The translations under genes were made by a program, and so were the position numbers. Below the pieces are notes generated by a model. That model saw only the letters and a program-made list of their open reading frames with translations. It was not told the origin of the DNA and searched no databases. Shown piece after piece: positions 9,151 through 20,300 of a stretch of DNA of 64,000 bases (the stretch's first letter is position 1; every line of letters begins with the position of its first letter). The DNA is from Thermoplasmatota archaeon (GTDB lineage Archaea > Thermoplasmatota > E2 > DHVEG-1), in contig JAZKSG010000001.1 of the NCBI GenBank assembly GCA_036626215.1, positions 5,634 to 69,633 on the forward strand. The letters are read 5' to 3'.

Positions 9151-9283
9151 AATTCTTCTTTTTTTTTAAGACATATCAAAAAGAGTTGTATAAAGTATGT
9201 CCTCTATGCATGGTGATAAATATAACTCTACGAAAAAAGTTAAAATAAACCGTTGTTATTCCCTTCATTGAGTTGATGAAAAG

Positions 9284-9736
9284 ATGGATATACAAATAAT
9301 CATGGGGTCAAAATCAGATACGCCGGTCGCTGAAAAAGCAGAAAAGATTTTAGATCAGTTCAATGTCGAATATAATATTAAGATTGCTTCTGCTCATCGT
9401 ACACCAGAATATTTACAGAAACTAGTTGAAGAATCAGATGCAGATGTGTTTATCGGTATCGCCGGTTTATCAGCAGCTTTACCAGGTTCCATTGCAGCTC
9501 ATACCGCTAAACCAGTTATAGGGGTACCAGTTAGTGGAAAAGTAAACTTCGACTCAATACTATCTATAATACAAATGCCGCCTGGGATACCCGTAGCAGC
9601 AGTAGGATTAGACAGAGGTGACAACGCAGCGTTACTTGCAATACAGATATTATCAATCAAAAATGATGAATTGAAAGAGGAGATCAAACAGTATCGTGAG
9701 AAAAGAAAAAATAAGACTATAAAAGATAATCAATAA
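9284..9736 (+). CDS. purE: N5-carboxyaminoimidazole ribonucleotide mutase / AIR carboxylase PurE
   Basis: 150 aa. [15 protein letters not shown]...ASAHRTPE...[13 protein letters not shown] is canonical PurE. Confidence 0.85.
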   Translation: MDIQIIMGSKSDTPVAEKAEKILDQFNVEYNIKIASAHRTPEYLQKLVEESDADVFIGIAGLSAALPGSIAAHTAKPVIGVPVSGKVNFDSILSIIQMPPGIPVAAVGLDRGDNAALLAIQILSIKNDELKEEIKQYREKRKNKTIKDNQ

Positions 9737-9758
9737 AAGAATTTTAAGGATATAATCT

Positions 9759-10706
9759 ATGTTTAGAGCAGAAAAATTTATAGAAAAAACTGCTAAGAAG
9801 ATAAGAGAAAAAGTAGATGGTAAAGCACTAATTGCTTTCTCCGGAGGGGTAGACAGTTCTGTCTGTGCAGCTCTAGTAAACAAAGCAATAGGTGACGACC
9901 TTGTAGCAGTACATGTTGACACTGGTTTTATGAGAAAAAATGAGTGTGAAGAAGTTAAAAAATCTATGGAGAAAATGGGGCTTAACTATCGTTTCATAGA
10001 TGCAAAAAATGATTTCTATAGTAGCTTAAAAAACGTTGTTGATCCTGAAGAGAAACGTAAAATTATTGGAGAAAAATTTATCCGTATTTTTGAAGAAGTA
10101 GCTGAAGAAGAAAATATAAAATATTTAGTTCAGGGAACTATCGCCCCTGACTGGATAGAATCAGGCGACGAGCTAAGAGACACCATAAAAAGCCATCATA
10201 ACGTTGGCGGGTTACCTGATAGAATGAATCTTGAAATAGTTGAACCACTGAGAGACCTATATAAGGACGAGGTACGTAAAGTAGCGGACAAAATAGATTT
10301 AGATATATCACATAGACAACCTTTCCCGGGCCCAGGTTTAGCTATCAGAGTTATGGGTGAAGCAACTCCTGAACGTGTAGAGATTGTTCGTGAGAGTTGC
10401 GCTATTGTCGAAGAGGAAATTGAAAAAGCCGCGGATGAGGATGCTATGTCGCTTCCTTGGCAGTATTTCGCTGTTCTTCTACCTGTAAAATCTGTTGGAG
10501 TACATGGAGACAAAAGAGTTTATGGTGAAGTCATAGTGGTTCGAGTTGTTGAGAGTGTAGACGCTATGACTTGTTCATTTAGCCAAATCCCTTACGAAGT
10601 TATGGACAATATTTCAACGAGGATAACAAACCGGTTAGGGGACAAAATAAACCGGGTAGTATATGATACAACAAACAAGCCACCTGGAACAATTGAATGG
10701 GAATAA
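9759..10706 (+). CDS. guaA: GMP synthase (glutamine-hydrolysing) subunit B (ATP pyrophosphatase)
   Basis: 315 aa. PP-loop AFSGGVDSSV and a C-terminal GMP synthase dimerisation region. Split two-gene arrangement typical of Euryarchaeota. Confidence 0.9.
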   Translation: MFRAEKFIEKTAKKIREKVDGKALIAFSGGVDSSVCAALVNKAIGDDLVAVHVDTGFMRKNECEEVKKSMEKMGLNYRFIDAKNDFYSSLKNVVDPEEKRKIIGEKFIRIFEEVAEEENIKYLVQGTIAPDWIESGDELRDTIKSHHNVGGLPDRMNLEIVEPLRDLYKDEVRKVADKIDLDISHRQPFPGPGLAIRVMGEATPERVEIVRESCAIVEEEIEKAADEDAMSLPWQYFAVLLPVKSVGVHGDKRVYGEVIVVRVVESVDAMTCSFSQIPYEVMDNISTRITNRLGDKINRVVYDTTNKPPGTIEWE

Positions 10707-10709
10707 AAA

Positions 10710-11300
10710 ATGGTTAAAGTATATGTAGTTGATAACGGCGGACAGTGGACTCATCGCGAATGGCGTACGTTAAAATATCTAGATGTTGACACCCAGATTG
10801 TACCTAACACCATATCTTTTGATAAATTAGAAAGAGAGAAGGTAGATGGTGTTGTCTTATCCGGTGGAGCCCCACGTATAGGTTTAGAAAATAAGCTTGG
10901 TAACTGTGGTGAAATATTAGAAAAAGCTGATTTTCCGGTGTTGGGTATCTGTGCAGGTCATCAATTTATGGCTCGTTTTTTTGGTGGTGAAGCAAAACCT
11001 GCAGAAAAACCAGAATTTGGCAGAGTAGAGTTAAAACTCGTTGAAAAAAATAATCCTATTTTTAGAGACGTGCCATCTAAATCTATAGTATGGGAGTCGC
11101 ATAACGACAAAGTGTCTGTCCTTCCGGAAAGTTTTATTCATCTTGCAGAGAGTAAAGATTGTAAAATTCAGGCTATGTGCCATAAAGAAAAAGAGTTGTA
11201 TGGTCTGCAGTTTCATCCAGAGGTAGAAAATACAGAATATGGCGAAAAAATTTTTGAAAATTTTGTAAACCTATGCAAAAAAAGTAAAGAACGAATTTAG
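10710..11300 (+). CDS. guaA: GMP synthase subunit A (class I glutamine amidotransferase)
   Basis: 196 aa. GICAGHQ catalytic Cys motif and the His/Glu pair LQFHPE. Lies 3 nt after subunit B. Confidence 0.85.
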   Translation: MVKVYVVDNGGQWTHREWRTLKYLDVDTQIVPNTISFDKLEREKVDGVVLSGGAPRIGLENKLGNCGEILEKADFPVLGICAGHQFMARFFGGEAKPAEKPEFGRVELKLVEKNNPIFRDVPSKSIVWESHNDKVSVLPESFIHLAESKDCKIQAMCHKEKELYGLQFHPEVENTEYGEKIFENFVNLCKKSKERI

Positions 11301-11415
11301 TTTTTCTTTAGCATACAAACTATGTAATAGATCAAGAGAAAAATAGAGATTTAAGTTAAACTCAAAAAAAGTTAAAAATAAAAGAAGTTTTTTTAGATAG
11401 GGGAGGTAGGATAAT

Positions 11416-12177
11416 TTGCTGGAAACTACAGTTAACCCAAGTGTATCCAATGCTTTAGACTTTATAAATTGTAACCATGTTTCAATGCCCGATAAAACAG
11501 TTTTACTTGTCGCTGGCGACTGCATGGTGGACTACAGAGGGAGAGCACGTTCATTTTTAGACTGGGGTGAACGCCTAGTTATAATTAAACAGGATGGTAA
11601 CGTATTGGTGCATCAACCGGTAATGCGTGAACCTATAAACTGGCAGCCAGCAGGAACAAATACAAATTTCAAAGTTGAAGAAAACAATTTAGTTATGAGG
11701 TGTAACCATACAAAACCTCCAGAAAAAATGAAGGTAACATTTAGAAAAATAAAGTTTGTAACTGTAACCAAACTTGTTGACAGAGCAGAACAAATAGTAT
11801 CTGGTATGGAGGCAGATGTAGTTAACAACATAATAGAAAAACCAGAATGTGTTGAAGAAGGGCTACGAATCAAAAATAGAGAAAAACAAGTCAAATCAGG
11901 AATGATAGACCTATTTGGCTATGATCAAGACCATAACCCTGTTATTATAGAAGTGAAGAGAAGTATAGCTAATATAAGCGCAGTGCATCAACTAAGAATG
12001 TATGTAGACGATATAAAAGGAGAAAACGAAGAAGCAGAGGTAAGAGGAATTCTATGTGCACCACACATACCAGACCTGGTTAAACACCTACTAGACGACT
12101 ATGGTCTTGAATGGCAGGAAGTAGAAAGAAAAGTAGTGATACCAGATGATTTTCAGAAAACACTAAAGGATTTCTAA
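11416..12177 (+). CDS. nucS: Endonuclease NucS/EndoMS (mismatch-specific RecB-like nuclease)
   Basis: 253 aa with a TTG start after gggagg. N-terminal ssDNA-binding half. C-terminal PD-(D/E)xK motif GMIDLFGYDQDHNPVIIEVKR. Confidence 0.8.
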   Translation: MLETTVNPSVSNALDFINCNHVSMPDKTVLLVAGDCMVDYRGRARSFLDWGERLVIIKQDGNVLVHQPVMREPINWQPAGTNTNFKVEENNLVMRCNHTKPPEKMKVTFRKIKFVTVTKLVDRAEQIVSGMEADVVNNIIEKPECVEEGLRIKNREKQVKSGMIDLFGYDQDHNPVIIEVKRSIANISAVHQLRMYVDDIKGENEEAEVRGILCAPHIPDLVKHLLDDYGLEWQEVERKVVIPDDFQKTLKDF

Positions 12178-12189
12178 AAATAAAAAAAC

Positions 12190-12744
12190 TTATTTCCAAC
12201 GTTCAAAAAGATCATGATTTAAACCAAGTTGATCAAAAATCTTCCCTACGACAAAGTCAACTAAATCATCAATTTTTTTAGGTTTATGATAAAAACCAGG
12301 TATAGCGGGAAGGACAATAGCTCCAGCCTCATAGGATTTCAACATATTCTTAATATAAGGAAGAGCTAGAGGGGTTTCTCTTGGCACTAAAACCAGTTTG
12401 TTGTTTTCTTTCAAACAACAAGAGGCAGAACGGGAGATAAGTGTGTCGCTATATCCATTAGCGACAGCAGATAAAGTTTTCATGCTACAAGGAACTATCA
12501 CCATTGCATCAATCTTATAAGTGCCGCTTGAAACAGGGGAAAACAAGTCATCATTATCATAAAAATCATCAGCTATTTTTTTCAAATCTTTATAAGTATA
12601 TCTAGTTTCATATTCCAAAATTTTTTTAGCACTCTCAGAAGCAATCATATGGGTTTCAACATTTGAACTATTGTTCAACTCTTCTAAAAGACGTATGCCG
12701 TATATGCTCCCTGAAGCCCCTGTTAAGGCAACCAAAACTTTCAT
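12190..12744 (-). CDS. ubiX: UbiX/Pad1-family flavin prenyltransferase
   Basis: 184 aa. MKVLVALTGASGSIYGIRLLEEL...MVIVPCSMKTLSAVANGYSD. Confidence 0.8.
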   Translation of the reverse strand: MKVLVALTGASGSIYGIRLLEELNNSSNVETHMIASESAKKILEYETRYTYKDLKKIADDFYDNDDLFSPVSSGTYKIDAMVIVPCSMKTLSAVANGYSDTLISRSASCCLKENNKLVLVPRETPLALPYIKNMLKSYEAGAIVLPAIPGFYHKPKKIDDLVDFVVGKIFDQLGLNHDLFERWK

Positions 12745-12798
12745 TCTAAAAACCCTACAATTAATAATCTAGATATATTAAACACAAAACCACTTTTT

Positions 12799-13557
12799 TT
12801 ATTTTTGTATAGCTTCAATTATACCGGTTAGAGTTTTGTCTAACTCAGTGTCTTCTTCTAGAGCAGTACCAGTAACTATTATATCTGCCCCCGCCCGTGT
12901 TTTACTTTCAGCAGTTTCAGCATCTCTGATTCCGCCCCCCACTATCAGAGATATATCAGTATTTTCTTTAACCGCAGAAATCATTTCATCAGAAACCGGT
13001 TGAGAAGCCCCAGACCCTGCTTCCAAATAGAAAAAATTCATACCAAGATATTGAGCTGAAAGAGCATAACCTACAGCGGTACCAACATCATCGCGTTTAA
13101 CCAAATCTACTTCACCGATTTCACCAGCAACCATACCAGGTTCCACAATAAGATAACCCATACTCAACGGCTCCAAACCTGATTTTTTTATAAAAGGAGC
13201 AGCTTTAACATGTTCACGGATCACATAATCAAGATTCCGTGAGTTGAGAAGACTCATAAAAAAAATCCCATCGGCATATCTACTTAGGAATTTAGCAGCT
13301 GATGGAAAGATTACAACGGGGATATTAGTACTTCTTTTTATTGATCTAACAGTTTCATCGACTTGCTCACAGGAAGAAAGAGTGGAGCCGCCTACCATGA
13401 TTGCACTACTACCTGCATCTTCCGCTGTTTTAGCTAACAACCCTGCTCTACGTGGTGTTTGATCCTCAGGATCGAGTAACGCGAAATGAAGTTTCTTATT
13501 TTTTACCTCGTTAATGATGTTCTCTGTTAAACTCATATTAACCCCAAAATAAAACAT
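12799..13557 (-). CDS. Geranylgeranylglyceryl phosphate synthase (PcrB/GGGPS family; archaeal ether-lipid synthesis)
   Basis: 252 aa. HFALLDP, MVGGST, and the C-terminal GADIIVTGTALEE motif. Confidence 0.8.
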   Translation of the reverse strand: MFYFGVNMSLTENIINEVKNKKLHFALLDPEDQTPRRAGLLAKTAEDAGSSAIMVGGSTLSSCEQVDETVRSIKRSTNIPVVIFPSAAKFLSRYADGIFFMSLLNSRNLDYVIREHVKAAPFIKKSGLEPLSMGYLIVEPGMVAGEIGEVDLVKRDDVGTAVGYALSAQYLGMNFFYLEAGSGASQPVSDEMISAVKENTDISLIVGGGIRDAETAESKTRAGADIIVTGTALEEDTELDKTLTGIIEAIQK

Positions 13558-13586
13558 CTCTATAATAAATCTTTAGATTCCCATAT

Positions 13587-14369
13587 TTATGAAATGATTT
13601 CACTAACTAATTCCATGTTGCCTGCTGCAACTATGCTTGTTCTTTCATCTAAACTTAGATTTATATCAAGTTTTTTACCTAATGAATCAGTAACTACTCC
13701 ACCAGCTTCACGTACAATAAGAGTAGAAGCAGCAATATCAGTAACACGTAGATAATCATGACCAACCATATAGAAATCTAAGGCACCGGTAGCCACCATA
13801 CACATCTCAAGAGAAGCAGAACCAAGAGAACGGACTTTGTTTTTCTCAGCGAGACGTATGGTTTTCTCATCATGATTAACACCTAAAGATAGAGAAGACA
13901 AAATGGTTTTCTCTGGAACCTCGGGGACTCCAATGTTTTTATTGTTAAGAAAAGCACCATATCCTCTCTCAGCGATAAATATATCTCCTGTTGGAATGTT
14001 TTTGATTATTCCATACTCGACATCAGAAAGAGTTTCTTTACCCACACCTAGAGACACTGAATAGAAAGGTATACCACGGGCAGCATTACGTGTACCATCT
14101 ATAGGATCTAAAACAAAAGTGTACTCCGCCCGGTTATCCAGAAACCCGGCTTCCTCGCTAAGCAGATTAACATCTGTATCTGATTTATCAATGACATCTA
14201 TAGCGGCATCCTCCGCAAGTTTATCAACCATTTTAGTAGGGGTTCCATCAGCACCTATCCCAACATTGTTTTTGAAACTATGGAAATTATCAGAATGTCT
14301 CTCCTTGATAGTCTGATGAACCTTATCTACAATGTTCTGAGCTAAAATCTTTATTGATTCATTATCCAT
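13587..14369 (-). CDS. suhB: Inositol monophosphatase/fructose-1,6-bisphosphatase family protein (SuhB-like)
   Basis: 260 aa. Motifs LDPIDGT, LSEE and WDxAAG-like (ATGALD). Confidence 0.75.
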   Translation of the reverse strand: MDNESIKILAQNIVDKVHQTIKERHSDNFHSFKNNVGIGADGTPTKMVDKLAEDAAIDVIDKSDTDVNLLSEEAGFLDNRAEYTFVLDPIDGTRNAARGIPFYSVSLGVGKETLSDVEYGIIKNIPTGDIFIAERGYGAFLNNKNIGVPEVPEKTILSSLSLGVNHDEKTIRLAEKNKVRSLGSASLEMCMVATGALDFYMVGHDYLRVTDIAASTLIVREAGGVVTDSLGKKLDINLSLDERTSIVAAGNMELVSEIIS

Positions 14370-14415
14370 ATTTTATTAATCAAAATATAGTAAAGACAGA
14401 CCGATATTAAAAGAA

Positions 14416-15330
14416 TTATGATAAATCAGCTACATCAAAACGAGTGCTATAATGAGATAAAGCTGCAACTAACACAACTCCAACAGCTATAGAAAAAAAG
14501 GTTATAAAAATATTAGACGGATTAGAAACAATATAGCCTCCAGGTTTACGCAATGAACCAATCATCAAACCTATAATAAAAGAAAGAGTCGCAGCATGAT
14601 ATTTTTTGAGTAGAAAAGATAAACCACGAGAGAAAACTAAAAGACCGAAAACTCCTCCTAAAACATAGGCCGATGCGTGAGGTAGAGCTGAAAAATCTAA
14701 CCCAGATATTTTCTTCAAAACGTTCAACATAAATGTATACTGGCCAAGTAAAAGCAAAATAAATGCACCAGAGACACCAGGCAATATCATCGCGCAAAAA
14801 GAAGCTGCTCCTGAAACAAAAACAATCAAAATAGAATGAGAGGCATTAACTGCGTCTAAACCAACGATATAGAAAGCTAATAGAAAACCTGGAACAGCCC
14901 ATAACAATGGAGTCCATCCAACATTTTTCTCAAGACTAAAATAAACAACAAAGGCAGATGAAACAATTAAACCAAGAAAAAAAGCATATGTATAAGATGG
15001 ATAAACATCGGTCAAAAAATCTATCACATTAGCCAACGAAATAAAAGCAACAAGTACACCCAAAGCCAAAGAAACCAGAAAAACAAAATCAATACCCAAA
15101 AAATTCTCCTTAGATTTATGGAAATATTTCCGGTCGACAAAACCTTTAAAAAAATAGGGAATAAACTTCAAATCAATAGAACGTATAGCATCAATTAAAC
15201 GCTCATAGATACCAGTGATCAAAGCTATAGTTCCACCAGAAACACCAGGTATGATGTCGGCGCTACCCATAAAGATGCCTTTAAGGAAAACGACTAACGA
15301 ATCCATCAAGTTTTGTTTTTCCTCTGTCAA
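14416..15330 (-). CDS. DUF368-family polytopic membrane protein (putative polyprenyl-phosphate translocase PopT-like)
   Basis: 304 aa, ~8 TM helices. Duplicated GVSGGTIALITG / PGVSGAFILLLLG motifs characteristic of DUF368. Confidence 0.65.
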   Translation of the reverse strand: MTEEKQNLMDSLVVFLKGIFMGSADIIPGVSGGTIALITGIYERLIDAIRSIDLKFIPYFFKGFVDRKYFHKSKENFLGIDFVFLVSLALGVLVAFISLANVIDFLTDVYPSYTYAFFLGLIVSSAFVVYFSLEKNVGWTPLLWAVPGFLLAFYIVGLDAVNASHSILIVFVSGAASFCAMILPGVSGAFILLLLGQYTFMLNVLKKISGLDFSALPHASAYVLGGVFGLLVFSRGLSFLLKKYHAATLSFIIGLMIGSLRKPGGYIVSNPSNIFITFFSIAVGVVLVAALSHYSTRFDVADLS

Positions 15331-15402
15331 AGACTCAAAATCACCCTTTTATCTAATAAAAAAACGTAGTATCTCTCTTTGTTAAAAACTTATTGAAAAA
15401 AA

Positions 15403-16701
15403 CTATACATTTTTAACAGCTCTACCAAAACCAGCATCAACTACTACATCTCCTTCCTCTATCACTCTTTTGCCTCTAATAAAAACATCAGACGGAAAAA
15501 TACCTTTCCATTCCTCAAAAGGAGTCCAATCACACTTAGAATGGAGATTTTTGGCTTCAACCTTTTTTTCTTTGTTAAGATCAACTACTATGAAATCAGC
15601 ATCAAAACCCTCTTTGATGCACCCTTTAGATACATCCATAATCTCCGCTGGTTTCTCACAAAACAAATTAAATAGTTGCTTCCACGAAATACTTTCTTTT
15701 TTAGCGAGATAAAGAAAAATAGGATACAATGTCTCAACACCAGGTAAGCCAGATGGGGCGTCATCAAAACTTTGTTGTTTCTCGTTCAATGTATGTGGGG
15801 CATGATCAGATTCCAACAACTCCACACTTCCTTGTTTTACTGCTTTAAATAGCTGTTTCATATCAAAGCTTTCACGGACAGGAGGGTTGGTTTTAAAAAA
15901 ACTTTGAGGAGTGTATTTTTCATCAACACATAGAAGACAATGATGAGGAGTGACGCCAGCAGAAACAAAACCATGGTTCCTACGGAAGTGATCAATCAGT
16001 TTGAGAGCATCATAGGAAGAAACATGACAGATATGTATATGTTTTTTAAAATGTTGAGCTGCCGAAAAAACTTTTTTTAAACTATTTGTTTCACAACCCG
16101 ATGGCCTAGACCTAAGATGGTCATAAAGATTTTTTTCTTCATCAAGCCTGTTTTCCTTAAGACACTGTTCGCTTTCAGCATGAAAAAGTACAGGAACATC
16201 AATTTCTTGTAAGTTTTCAAATAAATCTTCTAAATTATCCTCATCTAATAACAAGCTATTAGTTGAACTACCAAGATAAACTTTAAAACCGTTACAAAAT
16301 TTAGATATTTCTTCTAAATCACCAAAGTTGTTATGGGTTATGCCTGCATGAACACCAAAATCAACAAAAGATTTTTTGTCTGCCATATCCATTTTGTTCT
16401 TAGTCTCTCTAACAGAGTTAGTCTGCGGGTTTGTGTTAGGCATATCAAAAACACAGCTTACGCCACCATGAAGAGCCGCAAGGGAACCAGTTGAAAAATC
16501 TTCTTTATATGTATATCCTGGATCCCGGAAGTGAACATGTAGGTCTACACCAGCAGGCAATATAAGTTTTTTACCAAAATCGTAATGTTGATCAGAATGA
16601 AGATTTTTTTTAACAGCAGTTATCCTACCGTTTTCAACGGCTACACATGCTTTTTGAAATGTGCCATCAACAAAAATTTTTCCTTCAACGGTGAAATCCA
16701 T
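15403..16701 (-). CDS. pyrC: Dihydroorotase / cyclic amidohydrolase superfamily protein
   Basis: 432 aa. Metal-binding DLHVHFRDPG near the N-terminus. Downstream His/Asp residues fit the amidohydrolase fold. Confidence 0.7.
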   Translation of the reverse strand: MDFTVEGKIFVDGTFQKACVAVENGRITAVKKNLHSDQHYDFGKKLILPAGVDLHVHFRDPGYTYKEDFSTGSLAALHGGVSCVFDMPNTNPQTNSVRETKNKMDMADKKSFVDFGVHAGITHNNFGDLEEISKFCNGFKVYLGSSTNSLLLDEDNLEDLFENLQEIDVPVLFHAESEQCLKENRLDEEKNLYDHLRSRPSGCETNSLKKVFSAAQHFKKHIHICHVSSYDALKLIDHFRRNHGFVSAGVTPHHCLLCVDEKYTPQSFFKTNPPVRESFDMKQLFKAVKQGSVELLESDHAPHTLNEKQQSFDDAPSGLPGVETLYPIFLYLAKKESISWKQLFNLFCEKPAEIMDVSKGCIKEGFDADFIVVDLNKEKKVEAKNLHSKCDWTPFEEWKGIFPSDVFIRGKRVIEEGDVVVDAGFGRAVKNV

Positions 16702-17297
16702 CAGATTTTTTTCTCCTCTACCTCACCATATGGTTCAACTTCAGTGAAAATCTGACCAGAAAACTTAGAAATCTTTGTATCGCTATCATACCATGAATCA
16801 GGGGTTAAACCTGCTTTCATACATGTATGGTTTAAAAATTCTTCTTCATCCCAATTTTGTTCAACAGGAACCTGCGGCAATAACAACCCCTTCTGATAAC
16901 TTTTTTCGACGATCAAACCGTCTCTACCAACTTTGATTTTGTTAGGATATTCTTTAGGATCATCTACCTTTATTTTTTCTGGTTGAGATAAAACAGTGAC
17001 TTCTACCGCTATCTTATCTAACTCGTTTTCAGTAAGCGGCGGAAAACGAGGATCATTTGTAGCGGAAGAGGCTCCTTCAGCAATAGCATCCTTCAAGCCC
17101 ATAACAGGCATAGGAACACCGATGCATCCTCTTAAATCACCTTTAGGATAGGTATGAAGAGTTACAAAAGCACCATGTTTTTCATCAAAAACGCCACTGA
17201 GTTTGCACCCAGAGACGTAATCGGCTTTCACTTTTTCTTCTATAATGTTTCTTGCAAACTCTACCGCTTTTTTTCCTTCTTCTAAACTAAGCATCAA
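16701..17297 (-). CDS. AMMECR1-domain protein
   Basis: 198 aa. LRGCIGV motif and a conserved C-terminal half. Stop overlaps the start of the upstream gene by 1 nt. Confidence 0.75.
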   Translation of the reverse strand: MMLSLEEGKKAVEFARNIIEEKVKADYVSGCKLSGVFDEKHGAFVTLHTYPKGDLRGCIGVPMPVMGLKDAIAEGASSATNDPRFPPLTENELDKIAVEVTVLSQPEKIKVDDPKEYPNKIKVGRDGLIVEKSYQKGLLLPQVPVEQNWDEEEFLNHTCMKAGLTPDSWYDSDTKISKFSGQIFTEVEPYGEVEEKKI

Positions 17298-17346
17298 AAA
17301 AAAGTATTAAATAAAGAGTTAATAATTATTTGGTAGAAACCAAGTT

Positions 17347-20300
17347 TTATTCCGTATCCCTCGCCAGCATTATATCAATGCTGGTCGACTCAGCTATATG
17401 AACATTATTCTCTTTGTATGTATATGTAACATTTACATCGTTTTCAACTATAGTCTGGTCGACTGAAATATTATACCAACCCGGAGAGAGTTCTACTGAA
17501 TAGTAGCCGTCTTCATCCGAAGAAACAGTTCTACCTATAGCAGCGTTATTCTCAACCGAATAGTCTACTTTGAAATCTACTTCAACATCCCCAACAGCTT
17601 TGTTATTATTCTTGTTTTTAGTATAACCATCAACGGTAACTGAATGTTTCTCCATATCAAGAGTATACATAGTGCTGAGAGATTGGTTAACTATTAGATT
17701 ATCTGTGAAACTATACACTGGTGTATTCTCTTCTTTGTAATCAACTGTTACATTGTATATACCTGGTTTCAAAGCAGTTTTGTAATAACCGTTTTCATCT
17801 GTCGTTGCAGTGGTTTTCTCTGCAGTGTTGCTCCCAACGGATCCATCTGGCATAAATTTGATATTTATGTTTTTAGTTTCTATTGTTTTGTTGTCATATT
17901 CTATATAACCTGTTAGATTATTAGACATGGATAGATTAGTAGATTTGGTTTCATTTTCTGCGGGATAAACTGCGGTTTTCTCTGCTTTGAATCTGCCATC
18001 TTCAGCTATTGCATTTATCGAGTAATTATTGAGATTGTTACCACCTATTTTACCGGGATATATCGAAGTAAAATTATACATCCCGTTTTCATCCGTTGTG
18101 GTATTGGCGACAACATCGCTTTTAGGCATATATCCAGTTTGTCCCCCCATATTATAGGTCAACTTGTAATTGTGATTCAAAGTTACGTCAGCATCTGATA
18201 TTTCTTCACCCTCGTCATACAATCCATTTTGGTTATCATCATAATATACTCTTCCTTCTATGGTTGATTTTTTAGGTATCGAAAAGTTATAATTTTTTAA
18301 ACCAGAGTGTAGAGATAGGGACGTAGCATTGATGTAGTAACCATTGTGTTTTGCAAGGAACTCATATTTACCAGGGAAAAGATCTGTAAAGTTATATGTG
18401 CCATTTACATCAGAGTTGGTGTTTTTGGTTTCGCCATATTGAGCGTTTTGTTGTTGACGTGTGGGAAAGGCAGTAATCTCCCTCAATGAGATGGTGACAT
18501 TCTTCAACGGTTTATTTTTGGTTGAGTTGTATACAAATCCTTTCAACTCTGCAGGAGGAATAGAAAGGTTGCCTAAATTGATTATTCCTTTATCCTGTCG
18601 TCTCATGGCTTTGTCATCAGAAACGGAGAGGGTTATATTTTTCAGAATAAAAACATCGAAAAATTCAAAGGATAAATTTTTCTTAAGGCCTTGATGATAA
18701 AGATTTGAACCAACATAAGCTTCATCCAGATAAGATGAAAACTGTGAAAGTTGTTCAGGATATCTAATTACACGAATTGTAATATCTCCACCACCTGTGA
18801 GAACGCTAAAGTTTCCATCAGATATTTCTTCGCTACCATGATTTATATATAAAGTTTTACCATCTGGCCGAGTCAGATTATTCTGTACCATTATCAACAG
18901 GGATCGATCAGCTGATCCATTACCATAAACTAGTGAGCCATTAACTGTTGCGCCTTCATAATATTTGGCTATAACTACTGGTTTAAGATGCTTTTCAAAA
19001 CGAGCCCCTGTATGGAGGTATTCTGCATAAAAATGTTTCATACCCGAACACGGCAGTTGACCTAAAGGATATTTTTGATCCCGCATAGGAGAAGGCCCTA
19101 AAAATGTTCTATAAAACATGGTGTCATAGTAAAGAGACCGATGTTGCTGTCTTTGATCAACAGGCCGGATATATGTTTTTTCTTCTTCAGAAAGATTGTA
19201 ATAATATTCTGCATCTCTCCAACCTAAATCCTCAGACTCCTTCTCAGGATTGTTAGGAAAAATTCTCTGTAGTTTAAGCTGTGTTTTAACGAAGTCATCC
19301 TGTGGTGCACCCGCCATCACCAGGCTTTTATCTGATAGAAAAGCAAAAATGTTGAAAATCTGCTGATCACGTTGTTCAACACCATAATATCGTATACTGT
19401 AACCAGTAGACTCTTGCAAATCATGGTACAAACTGTTTATCTCTTCATCAGAAAGCCCATGTGTTTTATTAGTCAACATAGAGACTACATCATGATACAA
19501 AGCCATCTCTGGCCATTGCGCACCGACTTTTAAAAACCTTTTATCAACATCTTCTCTAAGATATTCATGATATTTTTTGTCTATAATTTCACCATACGAT
19601 GGTGCAGAAGTTGGAGTTTTAACCCATTTCGTAATTTTATTAGCTTTATTCCCACCTAAATATTCTTCTAAAACTTTTTTGGTGCTCTGTGAAAGAACAC
19701 CTTCATTGTCGTTAGCATCCCCTTCCAGCAATCTTACAATCCATACAGATACTGCTTCTTTTTCACTAGTAGCCGTATGAAAGTTAGATGCAGGAGGTAT
19801 ACCATCCTGGAAGTTATCAGCAACAGTAGGATGATTTCCTGTAGCTACCTCATAAAATCCATAATCCCACCAAGATATAAAGGCAGGTCGATCAACAGAA
19901 TTATTAATATCTTGATCCTGCTCACTAAGCCATTGAAAAGTCGCAGTCCAATAGGCTTCTTGATCATAGCCTAAACCAAATGGATGAGATACCTTTTCAC
20001 CCCAATAATCCTTTTTTTCTTCAAAAGGTACAGCTGAAGTGAAAGCAGGTATGGCATTTAATATCACAACCATGGCAACAAACAGAACGCCGACCAGGTG
20101 GAGAGGTTTAACACCTCTACGGAAACCATGAAGGCCTCCTCCAGCGCTCTTTATGTTACGTATCATCTTAGGGTAATTAAGCCAGCTGACTATTTTATAA
20201 ATCATAAAACCAGCGAAAATAGCTATCACAGGAGCCATATCTGTAATAAAACGACCAGCGATAGAGATAAGCCAAACATTTACAACAAAAAGGACACATA

